This document shows, one piece after another, positions 25,308 to 35,835 of a stretch of 64,000 nucleotides of DNA (positions are counted from its first letter, which is position 1; each line of letters begins with the position of its first letter). Below the pieces are notes generated by a model that saw nothing but the letters and a program-made list of their open reading frames with translations, ran no database searches and was not told the origin of the DNA. Made by a program: the position numbers and the translations under genes. Where the stretch lies: assembly GCA_964035545.1 (NCBI GenBank), contig OZ037769.1, forward strand, positions 8,971,929 to 9,035,928, read 5' to 3'. This DNA comes from Bugula neritina. Its lineage: Eukaryota > Animalia > Bryozoa.

Positions 25308-26111
25308 TTAATAAAATTTAACTGATGGAACTTTTCGAAATTCAAGTGTCACCACTGTTCTCCCATCAGTAAATGGTACTAGTTGACCGTAATCAGTGTA
25401 TATATAGATGTTTATAGTTCGTACATGTTTTTGAGATACGGGTATGTATTGAATTTTACTAAATGTAGAGCATTGGCTTGTCCACTGCTTCCCAGTGACG
25501 GGCACTGATCTCAAAAGTGGTGCTTCTACATCACCAACTAAACTAGTTTGAGCCAAGTCGCAATACACCATTAAATTGAAAATACTATCCACTCTCATTG
25601 GTTGTCGTCCATTTATTATGACGGCTTTGTCATGAACTACATCACCTCTTGATGGAAACCTTGATATTTTTTCAACTTCTTCATTGATATCCATGTTAGT
25701 AAATCCGAGAATATGTTTTAGATTTGTACTAAATTCAAAGCGTAAAGATTTATTAATTGCTGTGGTCATTTGACAAGTTCTCGTAATATCATTAAAGTTG
25801 AACGAAAACAACTTTCCAGTTTCTTCATTACAAAACTGTGCTATACTTTTATTCAAATACTGTAGTAATAAATCAGGGTTTTTGTAGAACCCATCTTTTA
25901 AGGAAACTAGTGTTATTTCTTCTCCTTTTTTTACCGTCATATTAGCATCTTTCACGTTAAACCACGATTTATGAAACTGTATTTCTGATAAACCAAATTC
26001 CCATTGTCCTTTTGATAAATCCAATGCATGAGGTAACTGAACTGAGAACTTTGCTAAAGAGTTATGTGGAAAGTGTTGTATAGACGAATTTGATGGTAAC
26101 ACTACTCTCAT
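25308..26111 (-). CDS. Minor capsid protein (penton-like, Polinton PX)
   Basis: ATG at 26111: VLPSNSS..FPHN..F.VQLP..L..GQWEFGLSEI; C-terminal VYCDL..VGDVEAPLLR and YIPV..G..VPF..G..VVTLEFR motifs; intact. Confidence 0.9.
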   Translation of the reverse strand: MRVVLPSNSSIQHFPHNSLAKFSVQLPHALDLSKGQWEFGLSEIQFHKSWFNVKDANMTVKKGEEITLVSLKDGFYKNPDLLLQYLNKSIAQFCNEETGKLFSFNFNDITRTCQMTTAINKSLRFEFSTNLKHILGFTNMDINEEVEKISRFPSRGDVVHDKAVIINGRQPMRVDSIFNLMVYCDLAQTSLVGDVEAPLLRSVPVTGKQWTSQCSTFSKIQYIPVSQKHVRTINIYIYTDYGQLVPFTDGRTVVTLEFRKVPSVKFY

Positions 26112-26148
26112 CTTGTCGCTCACTAAATGAGAATTTAATTTGAAACAG

Positions 26149-27265
26149 TTAGTTTTTATAATCACCAATCATGTCTTTTTTGTCAACATAGGAATCAAAA
26201 CTGGGCGGATAACCTTTCCAACGAACCAAATATTGAATCTTTCCATTTATTTTTCGTTTTCCAACTATTGCTTCAATTTTGTACACATCATCTTCAGTTT
26301 GTACGTATTGTAGTTCCTGTTCATACCATGTACCCTTAAGCTTACTACCAGATTCATCTTGCAAAGAATAGACTGGAGGATCTGTGTAATGCTTTTCTTT
26401 GACCGTAAAAATCTCTTCGCTCCATAAAGGTATGTAACCTTTTGCAAAAACAGTGGAGTACTTTGATATTCGTACTTTATCACCAGGAGAAAACTTGAAT
26501 GTTATATTTGCTGATCAAAGATTATCTGGGTTATATACTCTTTGCCAAATTTCTTCCTGGTTTTTCACGTTGATATCAACGGGTTTCATGCCTGTGCTTG
26601 AATGAACAGTTTTATTATACGAATCGATAAAATCCTGTAGCACATCAATCCACTGATATGAATTAGAGTGTGTGAAATATCTAAATAGTCTTGATTTTAA
26701 GGTTCTTTGTAACCTTTCAACCAAAGAAGCTTTGATTTCTTGATTTTCACTAGCGTAGTGGTGAATGTTGTGACTACTCAGCATTGATTGAAATTTTGAG
26801 TTGAAAAATTCTTTCCCTTTATCCTTTTTTTAGTTGATCTGGGAAAGCATTCTCATTTTTTAGTATGTCTTCAAATGCATTAGTGACATCACTCGCTGAT
26901 TCTGTCTTGAGTTGTATTGCGCTAGCTTTTCTACTAAATACATCTATTTTCAAAAGAATGTATTTGTAACCATTATTATATTTAGCTAATTGTAACAACT
27001 CTGTGAGATCACATTGCCACAATGCATTTATTCCTGATATTATGTATTTTCTTCGTTTAAATCTCTTTTTTATAGGCTTGTGTAATGTGTATGTATCTGT
27101 TCTGGATAACCATTTATTGATTGCTTGTGGTGATACTTTTCCTTTCAATATCTGTTTCAATTTCGATTTACCACTAAATCCAGCTGGTGAAGCTGCGTTA
27201 AAGTAAATGGATTTTAATTTATTTGATAATCTTTGTTTATTGCTCCTACTTTTGTTAGGCATCAT
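26149..27265 (-). pseudogene. Retroviral-like DDE integrase with C-terminal chromodomain, disrupted
   Basis: YTLHKP, WQCDL (D), DKGKEF (D), VERLQRTLK (E), FSPGDKVRISK, and chromodomain YKIEAIV..YLVRWKGY..FDSYV. One-nt insertion in the A-run at about 26825-26831 and an in-frame TGA at 26517-26515. Confidence 0.93.
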
Positions 27266-27926
27266 AAGGTTTCCATTTTCTTAACATTTTGCTGTGTTTC
27301 GTTGTTGATTCAATTTTGTTATGGTGTTTAGCTATAGGAGTGTCGTGTTTTATAGGTTCCAAAATTTTGGTTGCTAGTAATGATTTCGGTATATTCGATT
27401 TGATTAAAATCTCTTGAAATTCTTCCCATCCAGGTATATCTTAGACATTATGATTAGGATTGATAGCTTTATTTAGAAGGTCTGATATATTGCTCCCATT
27501 AATCTTTTCATTGTTGACTATTAATTTACCAGAATTAGTAATGTTAAGCTGTTTTGACATTTTCAGCAAAGACATAACGTTATTAGCTTTATTTTTATAA
27601 TGCTGCTGTACACCTACAGTAGCATCGTAATCGGGTGTTATTTTATCTACTTGTTGCTTTTCATTCTGAACAATTTTTGTTTGACTAGGTTTCACACTTT
27701 GAATATTTGGTAAGCTCTGAAATTCATTTAGGACTTTATTGTATTCCATTACTTTTTCATTTTCGGTAAGCGAACTGTTGTTAATTATATCTAGCATAAA
27801 TTTATCTATTCTCATCAGCTCTCTTCTTTCTATGGGTATTAACCTCTCATTCTGTTTGGTATGCTTCATTAGTTGATCAATATTTGATGCATCTGTTAGT
27901 AAAAATTTCTTTGCATCTTCACTCAT
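27255..27926 (-). pseudogene. Maverick PZ-like protein with premature stop
   Basis: AKKFLL, EKVMEYNKVL, GSNISDLL; in-frame TAA at 27443-27441 is followed by DIPGWEEFQEILIKSNIP...KWKPYDA*. Confidence 0.7.
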
Positions 27927-28261
27927 TTTCTAATAATTGATTTAACTATAGGAATTATCAATGACCCGAGAAGTGGTGCTAAAATAGCGCCTAAAAATCC
28001 ACCCTTTTGAATAAGTTCTCTTTTTGACTTTAGTGTAGTTTTCTTATTAGCAATTTTTCGTATCTGTTGTTTGTATTTAAAAAGCTTTGTTTTATTTTTA
28101 GGTGATAGAGGAACTCTTCCTTGTAAGATATTGTAACATATATCACCTATACAGTTTAGGAATTCAGGTTTAGCTGATTTGATTACTGAATTCGCTGTCT
28201 GTTTATCACATTTAGCTAAAAGTTCTAAGGTAGGTGCGTATTTCTTAACTCTTTTACTCAT
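27923..28261 (-). CDS. Maverick PW-like small basic protein with C-terminal amphipathic peptide
   Basis: ICYNILQGRVPL and QKGG-FLGAILAPLLGSLIIPIVKSIIRK; conserved position downstream of the ATPase. Confidence 0.75.
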   Translation of the reverse strand: MSKRVKKYAPTLELLAKCDKQTANSVIKSAKPEFLNCIGDICYNILQGRVPLSPKNKTKLFKYKQQIRKIANKKTTLKSKRELIQKGGFLGAILAPLLGSLIIPIVKSIIRK

Positions 28262-28265
28262 AGTG

Positions 28266-28925
28266 TTACTTCATTGAAGTGTAACGTGTTAATGATGTTG
28301 AGCTACATTTGGGCATGTAAATATAGGTTTTTTGATCTGGAAATATTCCCGTTCGAATTCTAACTAAATCATGAGTGTCTTGTCTGAGATCAATAAACAA
28401 ATACCCATAAGGTACTGCAGTTGCATCTTTAAATGCATCAACTAAAAACTTGCTCTGACCTGTTGGATACATTTGTCTAGCAAGATAACTCACTTGGTTA
28501 ACATCTCTTGGATTTTTAAATAATACAATATATGAGGCATTTAAATTCATTGTTCTTATGTGTGGACTTTTGTGAAATAAATTTTGAGTTATAAAAACTA
28601 CACTTATGTTTCTATGATGAGCGTGTTTGGTGAATATTTCAGCTATCTTCTCGCTTACTTGTTCCATCATATCATCAAATATGATTAGTTTTTTTATTGC
28701 TTTATCTAGTGTATCTACATCAATAATACCCTGATGGAATTCAACATTTGTTAGCTCATCATATAATGGTTGCCATTCTTTGTAACAAATAACTATTTTT
28801 TCCATAGATGGTGAAACCATCGTTTGGTTATGCTCCAACAACTTTGCAACCCATTGAGACTTTCCAGCCATTGATGGTCCTGCAATTATAGCAGAGAACG
28901 AATGCTTTAATTGTAAGGTCATCAT
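28266..28925 (-). CDS. A32/FtsK-HerA family DNA packaging ATPase
   Basis: Walker A GPSMAGKS, Walker B IIFDDM, HHRNISVVFITQN, YIVLFKNPRD, YGYLFIDL; first ATG at 28925; intact. Confidence 0.95.
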   Translation of the reverse strand: MMTLQLKHSFSAIIAGPSMAGKSQWVAKLLEHNQTMVSPSMEKIVICYKEWQPLYDELTNVEFHQGIIDVDTLDKAIKKLIIFDDMMEQVSEKIAEIFTKHAHHRNISVVFITQNLFHKSPHIRTMNLNASYIVLFKNPRDVNQVSYLARQMYPTGQSKFLVDAFKDATAVPYGYLFIDLRQDTHDLVRIRTGIFPDQKTYIYMPKCSSTSLTRYTSMK

Positions 28926-28939
28926 CAAGCTCAAAATAC

Positions 28940-28978
28940 AGAATGAGTAGATTTCATAATATGATTGACTGATATATA
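28940..28978 (-). promoter_or_regulatory. Putative core promoter of the ATPase-to-protease gene block
   Basis: TATATA at 28978-28973 and TCATTC initiator-like motif at 28946-28941; polB polyA signal AATAAA upstream at 29058-29053. Confidence 0.4.
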
Positions 28979-29135
28979 CAAAGAAAGTTGATGAATTCTA
29001 TTTATTTACTTCAAACAACTGTGGGAAGTTTTCTGGATGTACAAGTAAGATCTTTATTTATAAAAAGATAAAAAAAATATAAAATATATAACTCTATTTA
29101 CCAAGCCCATATAATAAAAGTAAAAAGAAAACAGA

Positions 29136-32100
29136 TTATAAATGAGTAGGTAAAGTGGTTACATGATCACTCATAACAATTCTTTTACCGTACATATAAT
29201 TCAACCCTTTTCTATTTTGTGTGTACGTGAATATGCTATCACCTCTAACTCTGAATCCTTTATTTACACCTTGAGTTATATCCTGATTCATCAACACGTG
29301 CATATAGTCTTTTTCAGTTAATTTGTTGTGACGTTTGGATATACCTTTAGAACTTGATTTGGCCTGCTCACCAATACAGTAATAGCATTTGCTAGACAAT
29401 GCGATTACTCCTTCACCTTTCCATTCCACGTGGAATTTTCCTACAGTTCTTGAGTCGTATTTAGCCGCCGATTTACAACAGTCATTAGGGCACCAACTTT
29501 GATTGTTAAACATGCAATGAAAAAAATCATTCTTATGCTTGTCACAATAATCCTTAGCGAACCATTTGTCGTACTGCATAAAAAAATCTCTTCTTTTTTC
29601 AACAGACACAGCTAAAAACAGATTAGGTTCAGAAAGTGAAAAATACATCGAGTCAGTATCAGATTCGATAAGAGCAAACTTTTCAAATGGTATATATTCT
29701 AAAAGGAAATCATAATAAAATCTAAGCAGTAGCAACTTAGCATACTCTAGCACAAAGAAACCTATTTGAATAGGTACATCCAAAGCAATTCTAGCCTTTT
29801 CATTTTGTATTTCCACAATATCATCTCCTATCTCATCTAAGTGATGGAATCTCTTACTGTTCACTACATTTGCCATTTCTGCATCAGATGATTGAAGAAA
29901 TGAGATATCCTTATGGTTCTCACGATTAACCAATGTTCGACCATATGTGCTATTCCCTGAAAGCAAAATTAATAATATCTTTCAATTCTTTAACTACACT
30001 CAAAATATTTGACAATATGAGTAGATGTTCGTTCGATAAATTTAAAACTGAATTTTATTTGTGTAAAATTTACTAACCCATCAACTTGGAAGAATCTGAC
30101 ATGAGTTTCTTCGAGGGATCTACATCTCCTTCACGTCTTGCTTGCATCACTTCCATTCCAAAAGCTTCAAAGCACTTTGTTGGATTATATTGTATAACTT
30201 GGTGAACTTTAGTAACTCTAAGCCTATGGTTTAGATACCACGCGAGCAATGGAGTTGCAAATAACATTTTGTGACCAAAGTAGCTGTTCAGCAACGTTTT
30301 CTGTGGAGATTTGAGTAACCCATTTGATACTGCAAATTGTTCCATATGATGACCTACATCTTTCCTTTGCATATAAGCGTGTTTTGGAATTGGTTGAAAC
30401 TCTGCGAATGCACTCTTTAGTTCATCAGATGTTTCTATATCACATTCAACCATACCAAATAGTTTTTCAGATTTGACTTCAGCTAGTATTTGATCTTTAG
30501 TTAGCTTATATCTTTTGTCAACCATATAATTCAATTCCTCACAAAATTTCTTTAGCAAAGTATTACGTGATTTCAACTCAAGAAATTCACATTCCCATGA
30601 ATGGTGTACTGTACACCCTATATCTTCTAGATACTTCAGGTTTTTGTAAGTTCGCAATTGATTTTCAAGATCTTTGACTCGATCAGTAAATCTCCCATTG
30701 GGTGAATAATCACACATGTGTGAATGGAAGTAACAACCGGAGAACTGGAGTACAACTGGACCATTAGGAGTATCAACATACCCATCTACTGGTATCTTTT
30801 TTCCACCAATTCGCTTCTCCACTCCATTAAACATGTGCTGAAATTCAATTTGCATTTCTTTCTCTTTACATTTAATCCATTCAGTTGCTAGCTGACCATG
30901 GGTGTATCTTTTTTCAAGCTTAAATTCATTTTCCCTCTTTCTTCGAACATAAATTCCAGTTGGCATATCACGCATTGGGTTTGACAAATACATTCCAGAT
31001 ATGTCTGCTCCTAAACAAACCTTTGTGGTTTTAGCATTTTCTCCATAATATTCTGATTTGATTTTTGTAGTTTCTGCGTGTTGGTATCTGTGGAATATGA
31101 TTGACATTCCACCTCTAATATTTTGCTTTACGAGATTATACAAATCTTTATCTTTTTCCCCATAGAGGAAAAGTTGCGCATTCTTTTGCTTGAGGTCAAA
31201 TAATCGTTTAATTGCCAAACCTGGCGTTGAAAAAGCCATTTTAAAATCTAGATTTTTAGTTCGGAAAGACTCATTTTGTTTTTGTATTTAGCTTTCACAA
31301 AACCTGTACAATCAGCATTGTTGTAGTAAATGAGTAGGTCTTTCAACGTTTTCATGTTATTTTCAACCCATATTATTCTACAGTAGTTGTAATCTTCTAA
31401 GCTTATTGTTTCTTTTTTCAGCTCACTGTAAAAGTCTTCACGGGATGGAAAATCTGTTTGCTTCAACATTTCCATAGAAGTAAACTTTTCATAAATCCAG
31501 AAGAACTTCTTCGAATCTATCTCCATTGCCTTCAGGTAATCAGCGTAGCTAAACCCTGGTGCTAGGTAATTTACAATGTCCAGAAAGCGTAACCTTTCCG
31601 TTTTGATGCACATGTAGGAATTAGCTTTTTTTATTACAAAATCAATAGAATGGTCTTGATCTAAAAGATACTTGAACAAATGCTTCTTAATCAATGGAAT
31701 GTCATAAGATTCAGAGTTGAATCCAAAAACAAGCAAATCTGATATGTAGCTGTTGAGCTCTTCTTCAAGTTTATCAAAAGTTTTTTCAAGCTGTTCAACG
31801 CTAGCATTGTCTCCGGCTTGTTCTTCAAGTGTTATTAGTTCATTTCTTTTCTGTTCAATCTGTGTGAAGATTGATTTGTATCTCAACTTCAAACGTTGGT
31901 AGCACAAATCTGACAATTTCTCCAAGTATATCATCATTTGATGTACCACATCATACTCTGAATTGCTTTCATTCACAAAGCACACAGGTTCCGTAAAACC
32001 AGCAATATTACTAGCAATACTAATTGATGCTAGTCGATGTTTTGCTATCCATTCAATTGTTTTAGTGTTGTTGGGTAAGTCAGTTTTGTCAAAGTACGCT

Positions 32101-33251
32101 TCACAATCTCAAACAGCAAAGTATGGATAATGCTTTCTGCTTTCATCAGTTGTTATTCCGTATTCGTTCAGCTTTTCAAATATTGTCTTTGAAGTAGTCG
32201 CAATACCGGACGGATACACAAACTTTGTAGCTGAAGAACATGACAACGAATGTCTCTTGATAGCATTTGCTGATTTCATTAACTTTGAGCAATATTCGCA
32301 TCTGTATGATTTTGTATATAGTCTGATGTTTTTAATCCAAGAGAAATGATTTTCATACAAATGTAAATTAAAGTGTTCTTTAAAATTTGAAGTTGATCTG
32401 TAATGTAGTTTTGCGGTGGTTTCACAGGTTACTTCTTCCAAACAGTAAACATTAATAGATATTGTAAAAAGTCTCTCTATGCTTGGTAAATCATCTACTG
32501 TAACGCCTTGAAATTGATCTTCAGATATCTGTTTTGAGTCAACAAATTTCCGAAAACAATCTCTGGTGGATGATTCTAAGGAATGTTTATTCCTCATCAG
32601 ACATAGGGCTCTAAAGATACATAGTTTATCAGTGTAAAGCCTTCCATTAGTATCTATATCAGCTGATACAATAGCTTTGTTGTTTTTGATGTAGTCTGGG
32701 AGTAATACTGGACATCCAATTGGATGGTTGTATATCGGGTAAACATAAAAAGCTATGTTGGTGATCATGTGTATTGACAATGAAGTATTGGGTCTGTTTT
32801 GTGTAGCATACTCAATGAAATCTTTATCCGTTAACTGATCAATGAATTCTCTGAAATCTGCCAGTGTTTCAATGAGCACAGGCTTGTCTAGCAATTTATC
32901 TTTGTTAGCTGATGCATGGTAGTATCTCAACTTTTGTTCTGTGTTGTTAATTAGGATAAAACCTAAAGAAGCATTGACTTTGAATTTCATTTTTTGATCT
33001 TGATACAGTTTTATCATGTTGTTTCCTCCAATAGTATCGGATATATTATTGTTTTCAACTCTTATATTGTAGATCTTTGTGTATCTACGAACTAAAGCAT
33101 AGCTTTTTATTGCCGACCAGTTTTTTATTAATAGTGAATTTGTTTCTTTTTCTTTAGGACCATCATATGGTATTGGAGAGTCCTTTTCATCAACAAAGTT
33201 CGTTCCAGTGTCAAGTTGTTTCTTTGTAACAACCTCACTTGATACAGGTCT
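29136..33251 (-). pseudogene. Protein-primed family B DNA polymerase (pPolB) with vOTU-like/Zn-finger N-terminus and VSR-like nuclease insert; spliced; disrupted
   Basis: Open frame from 33251; DKLCIFRAL..LYENHF and CEYC; exo I DCE after a TGA at 32111-32109; exo II GFNSESYDIPLI; exo III YYNNAD; frameshift near 31289; RGG; motif A-like DISGMY..MPTG; VDGY..QFSGCYFH..WECEF insert; motif B KLMG|NSTYG rejoined by intron 30077-29957; motif C SDTDSM; SKCY, KGI. Confidence 0.93.
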
Positions 33252-33575
33252 CTACAATATATTTTTTAACCAAATGTAAATCTTCCATTGAAATAAGTTT
33301 GCTATTTAATAGATTTTACTCTCTCTAGTCAACATTTTTAAACATTCATGACAATGATCATGATTCAATATGAGTATGTGTTATGGTGTGTCTTACCAAA
33401 GAACATTCATGGGATTTATCATTGATCAACTGCTTGCATTGTTTACATCTCCTTTTATGTACGTTTCTATGTCTACTAAGACTTTGTCTGTGGCGTATGA
33501 CTTGTTGCATTCAGAAAACGTGAATCTTTCTAAAGAAACAAGACATAATTTAAATAATTTACTTTCATCAACCAT
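33235..33575 (-). pseudogene. Decayed ORF of unknown function upstream of pPolB
   Basis: ATG near 33575 (MVDESKLFKLCLVSLERF...) continues through several in-frame stops to HDHCHECLKML. Confidence 0.35.
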
Positions 33576-33799
33576 GACAACTTATATTCAAAGTAATTAT
33601 TTTGTTATAATATACTAAAGTGTTTTTGTAGTTCAATATTATTATTATACACAACAAACTTTTACTTCTTCTATTAACTTTTCTTTACAGTCAAAAGGAG
33701 TGGTAAATTGTGAGCTAAAGTACTTTAGTTTATAATACATTTCATTAGCCTGGTATCTTAGCATTTTCAGCAAATAAATTTTTTAAGCAGCCTATTGGT

Positions 33800-34296
33800 A
33801 GTAATTGAGAACAGTACATTAGTTTGTGTTACATTTCATTAGTAATCTCAGCATTGTTAGTGAATAACTTTTCTCATAAGAATGATCAGATTTTTTATTT
33901 ACATTGAACAGTTATTTCATTTGTTAGCATTTCTTCATGATAATTGAGAACAGTACATTAGTTTGTGTTACATTTCATCAGCAATCTCAACATTTTTAGT
34001 GAATAACTTTTCTCATAAGAATGATCAGTTTTGTTTTATTCATATTATTGAACATATATTTCATTTGTATTATTTGGCAACATTTCTTAATAGTAATTGA
34101 GAACAGTACATTAGTTTGTGTTACATTTCATTAGTAATCTCAGCATTTTTAGTGAACAATTTTTCTCATAAGAATAATCAGATTTTTTATTTACATTGAA
34201 CAGTTATTTCATTTGTTAGCATTTCTTCATGATAATTGAGAAGAGCACATTAGTTTGCGTTACATTTCATTAGTAATCTCAGCATTTTTAAGTGAT
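33800..34296. repeat. Internal tandem array of about 140-153 bp units (3.5 copies) in the Maverick
   Basis: TAATTGAGAACAGTACATTAGTTTGTGTTACATTTCAT recurs at about 33802, 33941, 34094 and 34233. Confidence 0.9.
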
Positions 34297-34457
34297 TAAA
34301 CTTTTTAACACAAATATCACTTTTTTCAAAAAAAAGTTAACAGACAGCAGCGTATTGAGTATACAAAAGTATAAATACAATATTAGCTTTGTAAACACAT
34401 GTAAAATGTTAACTATCATAATGGTTAATGTAACTCATAACAATATTGATAAAAAAA

Positions 34458-35560
34458 TTAAAGGAATTTCAGATTTGGTTTATTGGTTTTAAAATACCCT
34501 TTCTCATTAGGACCTAAATCCTCTAACTGAATTTCGCAGATGTTTAAGGCCCAAACATAATCGATGCCATACATTTTTATAGGCCCAGACCTCAACACTG
34601 CCGTGAGTCTCATGCACATTTTCTCTAGTTCTTCTGCAGGCAACAAAACTGGCTTTCCGTTACCTCGAGCATTAACACACGAGTGGGCTGTTCTCATTTT
34701 TACCGTGAAACCTAATGTTCTTACCAATAATTTGAGAAGCATGATTTTTCAAATTTTCTAATACCCTACTCTTTTTATATACAAGCATGGGCCGCCGTTT
34801 GTAACTGTCGATTTGTAACATTTGAGTTCACCGATGAACTCCGAAGATCTGACATAAAAATGTTTTTCATGGTTGTATGTCAAAACTATCCTATCCCCCT
34901 TCCTATGGAAAGCCAGTTTTGTTGCCTCAAAAGAGGTTTCATCTTTTAGGTAATGTTGCTTACCATCATCGATCCTGAAACAAAATAAATAGTCTATCAA
35001 AACATTATTTAGGGAGTAATTTTTACAATACAATAAAATGAAAAGTGTTATATCTGTGCTAATATAATGAAATAATGTAGGTGAAGATATAATACTTACT
35101 TTGCATGGTCTTTTTCATTTTCGTTTTGAGGGTTTTGAGATTGTGCAGTGGTTTCAGTTTCTCTATAATTCAAGATATATAATTTATTATGACTTGGAAA
35201 ATAAGTATTATGAACCAAATGTTAAATTTTGTGGTAGATTTAATTTTGTAAGCAGATACCAAAATTTCTAACAAACTTACTTGTCAGGAAGTGTGTGATC
35301 TTCTGTCACTTTAGGAGCTTTTAGTTTTTCCTTATTACTTTCACCATCGCTAAAAAAATATTTGTTTATTAGCCAAATAACTATCCCTATATATATAAAA
35401 ATAAAATGTGTCTATTATCTTGAATTATTTAATAATCAGTTAAATCATGCTGTATGTAACTTACTTTTTTCGTTTCCTAATTGAGGGTTTTTTTTCTTTT
35501 TCAGCGAGCTTCTTTGTATCCGCTAATTCTTTTTCAAGAAGTTTTATTCTTGCAAGAGGG
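34458..35560 (-). pseudogene. Multi-exon Maverick accessory gene (charged N-terminus with NLS-like motif, beta-rich C-terminal domain), frameshifted
   Basis: Exons 35560-35465, 35349-35281, 35162-35100 and 34974 onward, all phase 2 with GTAAGT donors and T-rich AG acceptors, splice in frame (ARIKLLEKELADTKKLAEKEKKPSIRKRKN...KIDDGKQHYLK...). The last exon has two apparent frameshifts; the first exon was not found. Confidence 0.7.
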
Positions 35561-35754
35561 CTAAAATTAGATTAGCATATATATTTTTTTTCAACTATAC
35601 TTATGGCAGGAAAACTATAGATGTGCTATGAGCCTACTAATTTTCCTAATTACAGGTTAGCTGCTAAGCTAATTAGAAATAGAGCTTGTTAACTATACAA
35701 TTTTACCATTCTAATAACTGCACAAAATCAATAATGTCAACCTATTCAAGGGTG

Positions 35755-35835
35755 GGCGATGTAAACTAGTTGAAAATGCCCTATACAATTCTACCGACGA
35801 TGTAAACTAGTTGAAAAGTGGCTTCCTATACTACT
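35755..35835 (-). repeat. Maverick right TIR (81 bp)
   Basis: Exact reverse complement of 22126-22206, followed by TSD CTCAAT. Confidence 0.97.

Larger units (their letters stand above)
22126..35835 (-). mobile_element. Full-length defective Maverick/Polinton (polintovirus/adintovirus-like endogenous element), 13,710 bp
   Basis: AGTAGT...ACTACT termini, identical 81-bp TIRs, 6-bp TSD CTCAAT (22120-22125 and 35836-35841), and a complete core gene set (pPolB, ATPase, integrase, minor and major capsid, protease), all on the minus strand. Confidence 0.97.
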
